This document shows, piece after piece, positions 48,817 through 58,373 of a stretch of DNA of 64,000 bases. The stretch's first letter is position 1. Each line of letters starts with the position of its first letter. The notes below the pieces were generated by a model, which had not been told where the DNA came from, ran no database searches, and was given only the letters and a program-made list of their open reading frames with translations. The position numbers and the translations under genes are program-made. Source of the stretch: a virus. The DNA is taken from positions 78,111 through 142,110 of IMG/VR virus record IMGVR_UViG_3300027976_000007; one strand, written 5' to 3'.

Positions 48817-50613
48817 TTAAATAGGAAGAGATAGCCAATTAATATAATTATTTAAATAAAACTGGAAGGATTGGGATGAAATATTTAAATTTAAATCCTC
48901 TACCTTATCCCATTTATATAAAGAATCATCCCAAGTGAAAACTCTCTTTCTTATTTCATAGAATAAAACACCGCCTAATTCTTCATAAGTTATTACTGTT
49001 TGGTTGTTTTCCCCAAAATCATTAAAAGGATATAAATTAGGAGTATATGTAACCCATTCATTATTTTGGAATTGATATAAATATGTAGTATTAGGAATAG
49101 GTCTTATTTCATCTACAAATCCAGGAACACCAAAAGGAACATAAGCATTTAAAGGAATAACTCCAGTTTCAGCCAATACCCTCCCATCAGATAAAATACG
49201 AAATTCACCTACTATAAAAATATTATTTACTAGTAAAGCATTATATCCAGAAATCCCAATACTATTATATATTTTTTTAAAGGATAACATCCATCTACTT
49301 AAAGTTGAATTCCAAAGATATCTTCTTATTTCTAGATTTATATTATTATTTACATTTATAGAAGATTCTAAAACCTCATATGTCTCTTTAATTTCCCCTT
49401 CATATTCACCTGGAAAACTGAATGGATAGTTTGAAGGAGGTATTGTATAATTACCCCCGGAAAGTATTACAGATTCTTCCCAACTGTTGTGGGATTCATT
49501 TATTATATCTTCTAATTCAAATGGAGTTTGAGGGTATGCTAAAGATTTGTCTATAAGATCCCACTTCTTAGTAAAAATATCAAATTTATATTTTCTTAAA
49601 GTAACTGTATAAGATTGGGGGTTTTCTGTAGTTATGTTAGTATTAGAAACGTTATAGTTACTGATGGTATTTATTATTTGATATAGTTGTCTTATTTCTA
49701 AAGCTGAAGTTCCAGGGGTAGTAAAGGGAAAATAAAAATTTAAATCACCCTCGAAACTTTGATCAACTAACTCATAATCGGTTATAGAATCTATCATAAA
49801 TTTGATCTCGTTAACTAGAACTTCTAATGTTGTAGAATATGAATAGGTTCCTTCTAAAGTATTATATACTATTTCATTGGGGTCTTTCTTTCCTTCGACT
49901 CTTCTGGATAATAAATTTAAAGGATTATTATCATTGGTTTGTAATGTAATTTTATATCCTTTATAAATTAGGGGATCATAAGTATTAGGTTGGAGTTTTT
50001 CTTCAAGTATGTTACTATGAATTATATTTAAATCTTCTGAAGGAAATAGGTTACTTTGGGCTGTTATATTTCCTATCTCTTCTATTAGTTCTAATTTTTC
50101 ATCTTCTGATAGGGAAATAGCTAATTCAGAAATACATTTATCTAATAGTATGTCTAATTGTTGCAGTTTAGAGGTTATATTATTTACTGATTGAGATATT
50201 TCTTTTAAAACCGTTGGGATGATATTTATAGTTCCTTTTCCGCTTTTTATTAAGTCTCCTAGTTTATCTAAAGCGTCCGCCAATATTGTTATTACGTTAA
50301 TAGGAATACCCACACCAGCAACCGCCACAGGAACGGGGATTGATTTTATTACTTTTATAGCTATATCTACTGAAGTTATTAAGGTCTTCGCTGTAGTAGA
50401 TGTTTTATTTAAGTTTGATGTTATAGAAGTAATATTAGATAGGGATGATTGTATTTGGTTTTTTTGTTTTACTATCCTTAATAATACATCTTTGATTGGG
50501 CAACTATCTTGAAACTTGTTTAAAATATCATCTATAGCTATATCAAATCTTTCAGTACTTTTTATTACTTTAGATATACTATTAATTACTATTTTGGATA
50601 AGAGTATAGACAT
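48817..50613 (-). CDS. Hypothetical protein: coiled coil, hydrophobic hairpin and four C-terminal (Y/F)PF...G / R.Y.W...W repeats
   Basis: IPVPVAVAGVGIPINVI hairpin and degenerate repeats. Confidence 0.65.
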   Translation of the reverse strand: MSILLSKIVINSISKVIKSTERFDIAIDDILNKFQDSCPIKDVLLRIVKQKNQIQSSLSNITSITSNLNKTSTTAKTLITSVDIAIKVIKSIPVPVAVAGVGIPINVITILADALDKLGDLIKSGKGTINIIPTVLKEISQSVNNITSKLQQLDILLDKCISELAISLSEDEKLELIEEIGNITAQSNLFPSEDLNIIHSNILEEKLQPNTYDPLIYKGYKITLQTNDNNPLNLLSRRVEGKKDPNEIVYNTLEGTYSYSTTLEVLVNEIKFMIDSITDYELVDQSFEGDLNFYFPFTTPGTSALEIRQLYQIINTISNYNVSNTNITTENPQSYTVTLRKYKFDIFTKKWDLIDKSLAYPQTPFELEDIINESHNSWEESVILSGGNYTIPPSNYPFSFPGEYEGEIKETYEVLESSINVNNNINLEIRRYLWNSTLSRWMLSFKKIYNSIGISGYNALLVNNIFIVGEFRILSDGRVLAETGVIPLNAYVPFGVPGFVDEIRPIPNTTYLYQFQNNEWVTYTPNLYPFNDFGENNQTVITYEELGGVLFYEIRKRVFTWDDSLYKWDKVEDLNLNISSQSFQFYLNNYINWLSLPI

Positions 50614-51839
50614 TATTTAGATTTACTTACTTTTGATTTATAAGTTTCTAATTTATTAATCATATTTTGAGCTTTTACCCCTAATTTAATAGCAGGGGCG
50701 GGTATTGAAGCGTTAACAACATTAGGAGGACCTGCACCTATAGGGGTAGATAAAGCATTACTTATAGATACTATCCCTTTAAGAACTTCTTTTAAGTCCT
50801 TAAAAAACTTATCCCCCAATATCATAGATTCAGTAGCGTCCTTAGACCCTAATAATACCTTTTTAGAATTGACTATATGTAATGGGGAATCTATATTTAC
50901 ACTCTTTATTGAGTTTAAATTTATAGACTCATATGAAGAAAATAATATTGAATCTTTTTTAGCATTTATTAAGATTCTATCACTATTTATTATTACCTGT
51001 TCTTTATTAAATTCTGATGGTTTAATAGGAGGGTTTTTATATGAAGAATAGTCATTGCTAACTACTTCTATTGGGATTTTTTGGGTTGAAGTAAACCAAA
51101 TACTAGATCCATTTTTATTTATATCCTCAATTTGAGGTACCCATGGGGAGGATGATTCTTTATATTGTTTATTTTTTATAATAGTTATAGGATCTCCATT
51201 TTCCCCTTCTGAAGACCAATAGTTTATTATGTTTTTTCCTTTTACAGTAGACCCAAATCTTATACTTTGACCCCATCTCCCTTCATATATTATATCTCCT
51301 TCGTAAGGGTAGGAATTTCTTATATCATCCTTTTCTTTAAAGCTTTCACCAAGAAATATGTTACTACTATTCCCTACAATTTTATTAAAAGACCCTAATG
51401 CCGTTTGTTCATAATCAGAAGAAGGGGAATTATAAACCCCATGGATGGGGTCTGGTATTGCGTTATGATGGGAGCTGTTCCATATGTTTATAGGATGAAA
51501 ATAGTAGTAAGAACCATCATTAACATCCCTTTGAATATTATTGTTAGGTAAAGATATTACATAAACTGTTTCATTTATTAATGGATAATTTTTTATATTA
51601 GGAAATAAAGGTTTGGCGAAAGAATTAGAAGTAAGATCTTTAGATGGGTTTGGGGAGTTTAAACTAGAAAAAAATATAGCCCCTAAAGAATCCCATCCAC
51701 CATAATCGTTAAAAATTTCTGGATGGGTCTTATCATTTAAAAAAACATATCTAACCCTAGCAGAGAAAATTCCTAATGGTGGGGTTTTTATTCCCTTCTC
51801 ATGTAGTAAACTCCCTAAACCATAAATAGACTTTTTCAT
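50613..51839 (-). CDS. Baseplate central spike / hub (gp5-like OB fold plus beta-helix)
   Basis: AKPL......PLINETV, EGDIIYEGRWGQSIRF, QVIINSDRILINAK, LGS..A....LGD. Confidence 0.7.
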   Translation of the reverse strand: MKKSIYGLGSLLHEKGIKTPPLGIFSARVRYVFLNDKTHPEIFNDYGGWDSLGAIFFSSLNSPNPSKDLTSNSFAKPLFPNIKNYPLINETVYVISLPNNNIQRDVNDGSYYYFHPINIWNSSHHNAIPDPIHGVYNSPSSDYEQTALGSFNKIVGNSSNIFLGESFKEKDDIRNSYPYEGDIIYEGRWGQSIRFGSTVKGKNIINYWSSEGENGDPITIIKNKQYKESSSPWVPQIEDINKNGSSIWFTSTQKIPIEVVSNDYSSYKNPPIKPSEFNKEQVIINSDRILINAKKDSILFSSYESINLNSIKSVNIDSPLHIVNSKKVLLGSKDATESMILGDKFFKDLKEVLKGIVSISNALSTPIGAGPPNVVNASIPAPAIKLGVKAQNMINKLETYKSKVSKSK

Positions 51840-51840
51840 T

Positions 51841-52179
51841 TTACTTGGATGGGGGGGAAAGTTTCTCTAATTCCTCCATTAACTGTTCTTTTTCTTCTTC
51901 AGATAATGAGAAATCAGATTCTGAAGATGCATTTTGGAATGCTTTTTGTATTATCCCTGCCATTTTAAGGAGGGCATCATCATTTTTTACCCCTATATCC
52001 ATATAATCTTTTATTAAGGGGACTAGGAGGGTAGCATCTCCTATGTCTTGCATAAGGGGTTTTAGTTGGTTGATTAAGGTAGTAACTTGGGATTGTCTAG
52101 CTTTTTGGTTATTGTAGATTTCCTCTAATAAACCCCCAAAGGTTTTATTTTTAAATAATTTTTTTCCTAATATATCCAT
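51841..52179 (-). CDS. Small helical hypothetical protein (late-expressed)
   Basis: ORF with late motif at 52197-52206. Confidence 0.65.
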   Translation of the reverse strand: MDILGKKLFKNKTFGGLLEEIYNNQKARQSQVTTLINQLKPLMQDIGDATLLVPLIKDYMDIGVKNDDALLKMAGIIQKAFQNASSESDFSLSEEEKEQLMEELEKLSPPSK

Positions 52180-52215
52180 AACATTCTATATTTTGTTTAT
52201 AAATATATAACTTTA

Positions 52216-53181
52216 TTAAAGGAAATAATCATTCTCCCTATAGAACTCATATTTTTCTTTAAATAGGGTATGGAGTTTTTTAGCTATTTTAGTAATTTTA
52301 GGGGCGGGAACATCTATTTTTTCCCTAATATTAATATATAATGCTTTTTTATTAAAAATATCTATGTTATGTCTAAACCTAAACAGATCTAAAATTGCGT
52401 CTGCTATAATAGCTTCTTCTAATTTAGGAAATATGGTATATATTTTTTTAGTACAATATAAAATATATTCATCTATAAAAACTGATAGGAGATCATTTTC
52501 TACATATTCTGAAGTGAGGGTAGGAGAAAGGTAATGATTTTCATTAAAATTCATTGTTTTTTCTTCTATTTCTTTAACTAAATCTTCAGTAACTAAGGAA
52601 TCATCATCCGAGGAATTATTGATTGTGTTAAAAGATATGTTTTTTATTTTTGAAGCATAATTTTGTTTATTATATGCTATCAACCATCTTTTTATTATAG
52701 TCCCAAAATAAGAATAAGCTTTGGGGGGTGTTAGTTTCTGTAATTCTATGAAACATTCAGGGGATACTGTGAGATCAATAATAAAAACATCAATATCCTC
52801 TTGGGAAATTATATCTCTATCCCCTATAAAAGAACAAAAATCCCCAGAATAGGATTCATTAAATTTTTTGGTGATGGTTTTTAGGATACGATCTTGGATA
52901 TTCTGTTTATGACTATATAAGTGAATCTTAGTAAGAAGAACTGTTATTATCTCATGTTGCAGGTCTTCTAAATTACTTACTTTAGTGTTATAGAATTTAA
53001 AGGTATGGATTATATTTTCTGTAAGCTTGAAAAAAGGATAGTGTATGCTTTCCTGATATATTTTACTTTTCTTAGCTTTACTCTTGGTGTTATTATAATC
53101 TATAATAGCCCTTTCTGTAGCTTCTGTAAAATATCTTCTTTTTTGTTTCTTACTTTTTTCTTGTCTTATTATATAATCCAT
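52216..53181 (-). CDS. Phage late-transcription sigma factor (gp55-like)
   Basis: YFT...E.AI..YN, FFKLTENIIHTFKF, DLQHE, KAYSYFGTIIKR..I resemble sigma region 2 of gp55-type factors. Confidence 0.75.
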   Translation of the reverse strand: MDYIIRQEKSKKQKRRYFTEATERAIIDYNNTKSKAKKSKIYQESIHYPFFKLTENIIHTFKFYNTKVSNLEDLQHEIITVLLTKIHLYSHKQNIQDRILKTITKKFNESYSGDFCSFIGDRDIISQEDIDVFIIDLTVSPECFIELQKLTPPKAYSYFGTIIKRWLIAYNKQNYASKIKNISFNTINNSSDDDSLVTEDLVKEIEEKTMNFNENHYLSPTLTSEYVENDLLSVFIDEYILYCTKKIYTIFPKLEEAIIADAILDLFRFRHNIDIFNKKALYINIREKIDVPAPKITKIAKKLHTLFKEKYEFYRENDYFL

Positions 53182-53191
53182 GAATGTTTTT

Positions 53192-53473
53192 TTACTTAAG
53201 GGTGAAATTGTTGAGTAAAGATTGTATATCTTTAAGTTGTTTAAAGAAAAAACCTACTTCATCATCAGATTCGAAAGCACCTTTAGCACCCACCTTGTTT
53301 AATTCCTGGTTAGAAATTTCTATTATTTTAGATATCTCTGAGAGGTATATTAAATATCCCCTTAATACTCTCTCCTGAGATTCTATTTTTCTTAATGAAT
53401 TTATATTAACAAAAATAGAAATTAACGAGATAACACTTAAAATTACTATAGTTACAATTATTTCTGTACTCAT
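53192..53473 (-). CDS. Small single-pass membrane protein
   Basis: N-terminal hydrophobic helix; GAFESDDEVGFFF. Confidence 0.7.
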   Translation of the reverse strand: MSTEIIVTIVILSVISLISIFVNINSLRKIESQERVLRGYLIYLSEISKIIEISNQELNKVGAKGAFESDDEVGFFFKQLKDIQSLLNNFTLK

Positions 53474-54255
53474 ATACTATCAAATATATCTTTTAAACCT
53501 TGACTTTTTATAGACCCTAGAGCTTTAGACTTCATAGGGGTTTTCTTTTTGTCTAAGGTAGGGGAGATAGATGAGGGCTCCAAATTCGAATTAGAGGAAT
53601 CCTTATTTAATTTAGGAAGCCATTCCATTTCAAATTCTATTCTCGCGGCCATTAAATCAGCTTGATGGAGGATGAAGGGAATAGAAGTTCTAGGTTTAGT
53701 TTCTGCATTCCAACCCATCAGATATTTTTTATTAGCTTCATCATATAACCCATCATGAGTCTGTATAGCTAACATTTCATTAAAAGTATAAGGGATATTA
53801 TTGGATTGAAGGAGGAATAGAGATCTATCGGGTACTGAAGCGAAAGATACTTTATTATTAAACATATAGTCTTCTCCTAACTTATCTTTCCTCCATTGAT
53901 CAGTTTGAGGGATGTATGAAGCGTTTGATTCATCTCCTATTTTTCCTAAATCATGATTGATTGCAGAGAATATTAGTTCTTCATAAGTGAATGTAGTCAT
54001 ATCACAACCAAAAGATTCCCACACCTTATACAAGGCCATAGATCCTTTAATAACATTATTTACATGATAGATATAACCTCCCGGGAAAGCTGAATGATAT
54101 TCTTTCTTATTAGCCGCTGGATATAATATTATTCTATCTTCATAAGATTTATAGAAAAGTAATAATTTTTCCTTTCTAGGTTCTGAGATATATGTTTCTA
54201 TATATTCTAAGAATTCGTTCCAATTATGTAGAATTTGTTCTGGAGTTAATTTCAT
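53470..54255 (-). CDS. HD-domain phosphohydrolase
   Basis: H...GG...H, NHDLGK, HDG, LHQAD. Confidence 0.9.
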   Translation of the reverse strand: MKLTPEQILHNWNEFLEYIETYISEPRKEKLLLFYKSYEDRIILYPAANKKEYHSAFPGGYIYHVNNVIKGSMALYKVWESFGCDMTTFTYEELIFSAINHDLGKIGDESNASYIPQTDQWRKDKLGEDYMFNNKVSFASVPDRSLFLLQSNNIPYTFNEMLAIQTHDGLYDEANKKYLMGWNAETKPRTSIPFILHQADLMAARIEFEMEWLPKLNKDSSNSNLEPSSISPTLDKKKTPMKSKALGSIKSQGLKDIFDSI

Positions 54256-54281
54256 TATTTTTTATTTTTATATAATTATTT

Positions 54282-54458
54282 TCAGAATGATGGGGGTAAA
54301 TCTCTATAGATTAGAATTTTTAAATCATTTATAGTAGAATAAAGAGTTTCATATTCTTTCTTATCCTGTTCACTATGATTTGATAGAGCATATTTTAGAT
54401 ATTTCATCTTATATTCTATCTGATCAAATCTTTTTTCTATTAATTCCTTATTCTTCAT
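54282..54458 (-). CDS. 58-aa helical protein, missed by the ORF track
   Basis: MKNKELIEKRFDQIEYKMKYLK...YRDLPPSF*, directly after the promoter at 54482-54513. Confidence 0.65.
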   Translation of the reverse strand: MKNKELIEKRFDQIEYKMKYLKYALSNHSEQDKKEYETLYSTINDLKILIYRDLPPSF

Positions 54459-54481
54459 ATTATTTTTATTTCCTTATTTTG

Positions 54482-54513
54482 AGAAGTTATCAAGGATATC
54501 TTTGGAAGCCAAA
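54482..54513 (-). promoter_or_regulatory. Bacteroidota-type promoter driving the HD / late-sigma operon
   Basis: TTTG-N20-TAACTTCT (degenerate -7 box). Confidence 0.5.
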
Positions 54514-54526
54514 CTATAATTTAAAT

Positions 54527-54901
54527 TCAGCGAAGAATTTTTATAATTTTATAAATACTCCCACATTTCTCATATTCCTCCCGCTTTTCAAAATAAGAAA
54601 GGATTTGTTCTAGGGACCTTTTGAAAGAAGGTTTTCCGAATTTTTTTAGAGCTAAAATATGATATGGATTAACAACTTCAAACCTCTCAATATATTTCAG
54701 ACATAGGTTATATACTAATATTTCTTTCTGTTCACTATCAAACCCCCCACCTTTAATTTTAACTTTAAGGATGGTGGGATAGTTTTTTAATAGTTTAATG
54801 ACTAAATTCATCCAATATATAGGATTATCCTCTATATCCCCAGAAGGGAAATTTTTTAGAGGATCCTCTACATAATCCATATTTAGTTTTTCTTTATCCA
54901 T
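54527..54901 (-). CDS. Hypothetical protein with a UVR-like EEYEKC motif
   Basis: YFEKREEYEKC..I. Confidence 0.65.
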   Translation of the reverse strand: MDKEKLNMDYVEDPLKNFPSGDIEDNPIYWMNLVIKLLKNYPTILKVKIKGGGFDSEQKEILVYNLCLKYIERFEVVNPYHILALKKFGKPSFKRSLEQILSYFEKREEYEKCGSIYKIIKILR

Positions 54902-54918
54902 TTATTATAAATATGGAT

Positions 54919-55296
54919 TTAAATTTTTCTGTTTTCCTTAAAATATCTCCTCAGATCCCATTTATATTTTTCAGCTATTGTTTCAGCTTCTATTTCTTGG
55001 GGGTGGTCTTCGTAACCATATTCTTCTAAAAGTTCATTATAGACCCACATATCTTGAAGGTAATGAATATATTCATGAATAACAGTATCACATATATTTA
55101 TTAAAGACCCTCTAGGATTTATTATCATAGTATTTATAGGTCCATCATATATTCCTTGATAAACACCATACTTATCCTTCCCTTTCCTTATCCTAATCTT
55201 CAACTCCTCATCAATAAATTCAGACTCCCCAAATTTAATCTTACACCACTTAACCATTAAGGTTATATCTTTTCTTCCTAACGAGGATTTTCCCAT
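54919..55296 (-). CDS. Small HExxH zinc metallopeptidase-like protein
   Basis: GIY...I.IN...TVIHEYIHYLQ...Y..HPQEIEA. Confidence 0.82.
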   Translation of the reverse strand: MGKSSLGRKDITLMVKWCKIKFGESEFIDEELKIRIRKGKDKYGVYQGIYDGPINTMIINPRGSLINICDTVIHEYIHYLQDMWVYNELLEEYGYEDHPQEIEAETIAEKYKWDLRRYFKENRKI

Positions 55297-55318
55297 ATAA
55301 AAAATTTAATTATTACTA

Positions 55319-55350
55319 TAAATATAAGTAAAAAAATTTGAGAGGCCAAA
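55319..55350 (-). promoter_or_regulatory. Bacteroidota-type promoter
   Basis: TTTG-N20-TATATTTA. Confidence 0.7.
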
Positions 55351-55365
55351 CCTGTTTTTGGTGGA

Positions 55366-55507
55366 TATGTTATAACATAAACATAATGTTAAATATCAAC
55401 ATAAAATCCCGCCCTTTAACGGTGAATTAGGCCGTTATAGCGGCTACCTATATAGGTTCGATAATATATGCGAGGAAGTAGAGGTAGTGGTTTAAATCGA
55501 GGATTTT
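55366..55507. other. Non-coding palindrome-rich element
   Basis: Three TATA-centred palindromes and nested inverted repeats (see findings). Confidence 0.55.
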
Positions 55508-55911
55508 TAATATATAACCCCCAAGGAATTCAATGTCTCAATGTTTAAACCCCCCACAGGAAGGCCTTGATCCTTCTGATATTTTAGGAGAGCGGCTCTT
55601 GTTGAAGGCCCTAACATTCTGTCTGCCCCTCCTGAACCTAAATCAAACCCATTAGAAATTAAGGCCCTTTGAATGTTCCCAATTGTTCCTATTGTTAATT
55701 TATCTTCACAAAGGACTTCTCTCCATTCCGTATATGATCCCTCTTTAACCATAACACTATCTATAACCGTTTCATATTGGCTGGGGATATAACATTTGGG
55801 GTAACATTTTCCTATTTCAGGGTTAAATGTATTCTCCTCATTAAAAGGATTGATCTGGGAGAACAATCCTGTATTAATTATTAACAGTATATATAAGAAA
55901 AAATATTTCAT
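55507..55911 (-). CDS. Secreted peptidoglycan-binding-domain protein
   Basis: Signal peptide; IQRAL...GFDLG..GAD..LGPSTRAALLKYQKDQGL PG_binding_1 pattern. Confidence 0.85.
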   Translation of the reverse strand: MKYFFLYILLIINTGLFSQINPFNEENTFNPEIGKCYPKCYIPSQYETVIDSVMVKEGSYTEWREVLCEDKLTIGTIGNIQRALISNGFDLGSGGADRMLGPSTRAALLKYQKDQGLPVGGLNIETLNSLGVIY

Positions 55912-56017
55912 GATTTTTTAATCTTTTTAGCTTTGGTATTTGCTTTTCACTAGTTTCAATATTAGGGATTTTTTCCTTTAAATTTTTTATTATACATATT
56001 AGGGTTTTATTACTAAT

Positions 56018-56812
56018 TTAATTTTTAACATAAGACATAGCTAAAGCAAACAAATCAGTATTTACTTTGATGTCCTGGTTGAAGTTCTTGATTTTTCTTG
56101 CTTTCCTGACTTTAGTCCCTGCAATGTATTGGAAATCTCCTTCAATTAATTTTTCTTGAACTATATTAAATACCCTCCATAAATCATTTCCCTTATCTTC
56201 TTTTCTGACGGGGTCAACTAAATCCATATAGTTAATAGATATTCTCTTAAGATCATCTTTTTTGAATCTTATTTCAAGAGCTTCTTTAGCAAACTTTACA
56301 ATTTGGTCTTGGTTCAATTCTGCCTGTTTCATCCTATTCATTGATTCTACAGTTAAGGGAAGATTTTCTACCATCTCATGAATCTCTTTTTGTAATTCCT
56401 CAAAAGAATATCCCATATGTCTTATTTTTACATCCCCAAACTTTTCAGTAGCTATAACTAAACCATTGGAACAAATTAACCTAAAAAGCCCGGGGGTGAA
56501 AGTGAAAGCATTTTTACCATCATGAGAATTAGTAAGGAGAATTTGAGGGAAAACATCATCCCCATCTTCCCCTGTTATTACTATATCCTCATTCCTAAAA
56601 ATAACTAAATGTTTTTGAAACCCAATCCCTACCCTAGATTTAACTTGTTTAACTTCATTCACCCCCCATCCAAGGGTTTTCATATCATCTATAACTTTTA
56701 TGGTGGGGATATGAGTATAATGTTTAGACACACCTTCAGATGGTTCCTTTGTAAAGATTGAAGGAGCCATAATTAACATTTGGGTTGGAGTAAGAAATTT
56801 TTGAGTTTTCAT
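56018..56812 (-). CDS. DUF932 / DUF945-family protein
   Basis: APSIF...S.HY..IPT, KHL, LTNSHDG, GLFRLICSNGL, RH, LW..FN..QE. Confidence 0.9.
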   Translation of the reverse strand: MKTQKFLTPTQMLIMAPSIFTKEPSEGVSKHYTHIPTIKVIDDMKTLGWGVNEVKQVKSRVGIGFQKHLVIFRNEDIVITGEDGDDVFPQILLTNSHDGKNAFTFTPGLFRLICSNGLVIATEKFGDVKIRHMGYSFEELQKEIHEMVENLPLTVESMNRMKQAELNQDQIVKFAKEALEIRFKKDDLKRISINYMDLVDPVRKEDKGNDLWRVFNIVQEKLIEGDFQYIAGTKVRKARKIKNFNQDIKVNTDLFALAMSYVKN

Positions 56813-56835
56813 AAGTTTAAGATTTTATATATACC

Positions 56836-56867
56836 TAAATATAACATCCTTATCCGTGATGGCCAAA
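56836..56867 (-). promoter_or_regulatory. Bacteroidota-type promoter
   Basis: TTTG-N20-TATATTTA with a GATGT extension. Confidence 0.75.
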
Positions 56868-56890
56868 TTGAGGTTTACGTTATAAATGGT

Positions 56891-56920
56891 AAAGGACCCC
56901 ATTTTTTGGGGTCCTTTTTT
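56891..56920. terminator. Terminator-like hairpin, possibly bidirectional
   Basis: aaaggacccca / tggggtccttt stem; the longer T-run is on the plus strand. Confidence 0.7.
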
Positions 56921-56962
56921 ATCTCTTCAATAAATGATGTTTTTTGTTTTGGTTCCCTTATG

Positions 56963-58027
56963 TTAATAAGGGTTACTTATTACACCAGCCCCACCATTTG
57001 ACTTAAATGTAATTTTGGTAAATTGAGATATCGGTAAGTTCACAAGCTGTCCATTATTTATTCCTTGACAAAATAATGATGAGATATTTGTTGTGTTACC
57101 TATTTCATACCCTTGCATATCAGAATTTAGTAAAGTAAAAGATGTGTTAACTCCCTGATAGTTTATTGTAACGGGTTCTGCTTCAAGAACAGATTCTTGG
57201 AATATTTGAGTTACATCTGGAGGATATGATTGTAGATAACCTGTACCAGTAAATACTGATTGTGATGATCCTTCTCCTATCCTTATAAAGCAATACCTTT
57301 TGAATCTTAAAGTATCCCCTAAATTATGGATTGCCTCACATTCTAGAGTCCATAAAGCTCCAGAATAAAGCCTATTTTGGGTGTCTTTGAAAGGGTTAAT
57401 ATCCCACGTTCCTATATTTCCTATATTAGGATTCCCAAACACTTTGAAATTTCCATACCCCTGGATGTTATTAGTTGTTAATGTTTGAATTAAAGTTTCA
57501 CCAGTTATTGTAACCGATTGTCCTATTAGACCATTATCTATAACATAGATCCAATTCAAGTTTTCGTTACCTATTTTAGTAAATATTATTACGGAATAAT
57601 TACGATCTTGATAAGGTGTATCATACCAGTAAGCATAGTATTTCTGTCCTGATATAGTATCCATAGCACCCCTCAACTGTCCATTAGGTTTCCCTCCAAA
57701 AATCATATTTGAGAGAGTGAGTGGGTCTTGTGGGGATGAATATATTATATAAGGATAATATTGTCCAAACCCATCATAATAATCTGCTATATTTGTGTCT
57801 AGAAGCGTTAGGGCTTTTTCCCCTTCATTCCAATCCCAATCATATAGATCTATGGGTCTGTTCCTTTCTGATGTCTCAATGAATGTTTGGTCTTGATTTG
57901 GAATGTTGGATGATTTTTCACATCCAAAAGTTCCGGTCATGACCATAACCATGAATATAAATATTCCAGTTATTATGGTTGTTCTTTGAGGTTTAAAAAC
58001 CCCATCTTTATTTTCAAAAATGTTCAT
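56963..58027 (-). CDS. Probable lipoprotein / exported protein
   Basis: Hydrophobic stretch followed by TFGC (lipobox-like). Confidence 0.6.
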   Translation of the reverse strand: MNIFENKDGVFKPQRTTIITGIFIFMVMVMTGTFGCEKSSNIPNQDQTFIETSERNRPIDLYDWDWNEGEKALTLLDTNIADYYDGFGQYYPYIIYSSPQDPLTLSNMIFGGKPNGQLRGAMDTISGQKYYAYWYDTPYQDRNYSVIIFTKIGNENLNWIYVIDNGLIGQSVTITGETLIQTLTTNNIQGYGNFKVFGNPNIGNIGTWDINPFKDTQNRLYSGALWTLECEAIHNLGDTLRFKRYCFIRIGEGSSQSVFTGTGYLQSYPPDVTQIFQESVLEAEPVTINYQGVNTSFTLLNSDMQGYEIGNTTNISSLFCQGINNGQLVNLPISQFTKITFKSNGGAGVISNPY

Positions 58028-58043
58028 TTGTTTTATTTATTTA

Positions 58044-58373
58044 TTAATTGTAACAGGGTAAGATAACCTCCCCTAGATTTTCAGTTTGTATCTTAATTTG
58101 GAGTTTGTATTTATCATCAATTTGAATTGAATCATATCCCACAAACCCACCGTATATTTCTAGATAAGTATCACAATCATAGAAATATATTACTTTATTG
58201 TTTTTCTTGTTAGTATGCAATATTGAAGTTTTATTACACAATTCTTCAATTTCATATTCATACCCTTCAATAGAATCATCCTCTTGTAAGGTAGAAAAAT
58301 AATATAAGAATAAGGAAATGGCTATTAACCATAAAATGCACCCCTTAATTATATATCCTATTTCTTCCTTCAT
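58044..58373 (-). CDS. Membrane-anchored hypothetical protein
   Basis: N-terminal transmembrane helix. Confidence 0.6.
   Translation of the reverse strand: MKEEIGYIIKGCILWLIAISLFLYYFSTLQEDDSIEGYEYEIEELCNKTSILHTNKKNNKVIYFYDCDTYLEIYGGFVGYDSIQIDDKYKLQIKIQTENLGEVILPCYN

Noticed and set aside
51841-52179. Terminase small subunit
   Set aside because: The size and helical character fit, but there is no diagnostic motif and it is far from the large subunit. Left as hypothetical.
55400-55507. tRNA gene
   Set aside because: It contains ggttcga but no cloverleaf or acceptor stem could be built. Kept only as an unexplained structured element.
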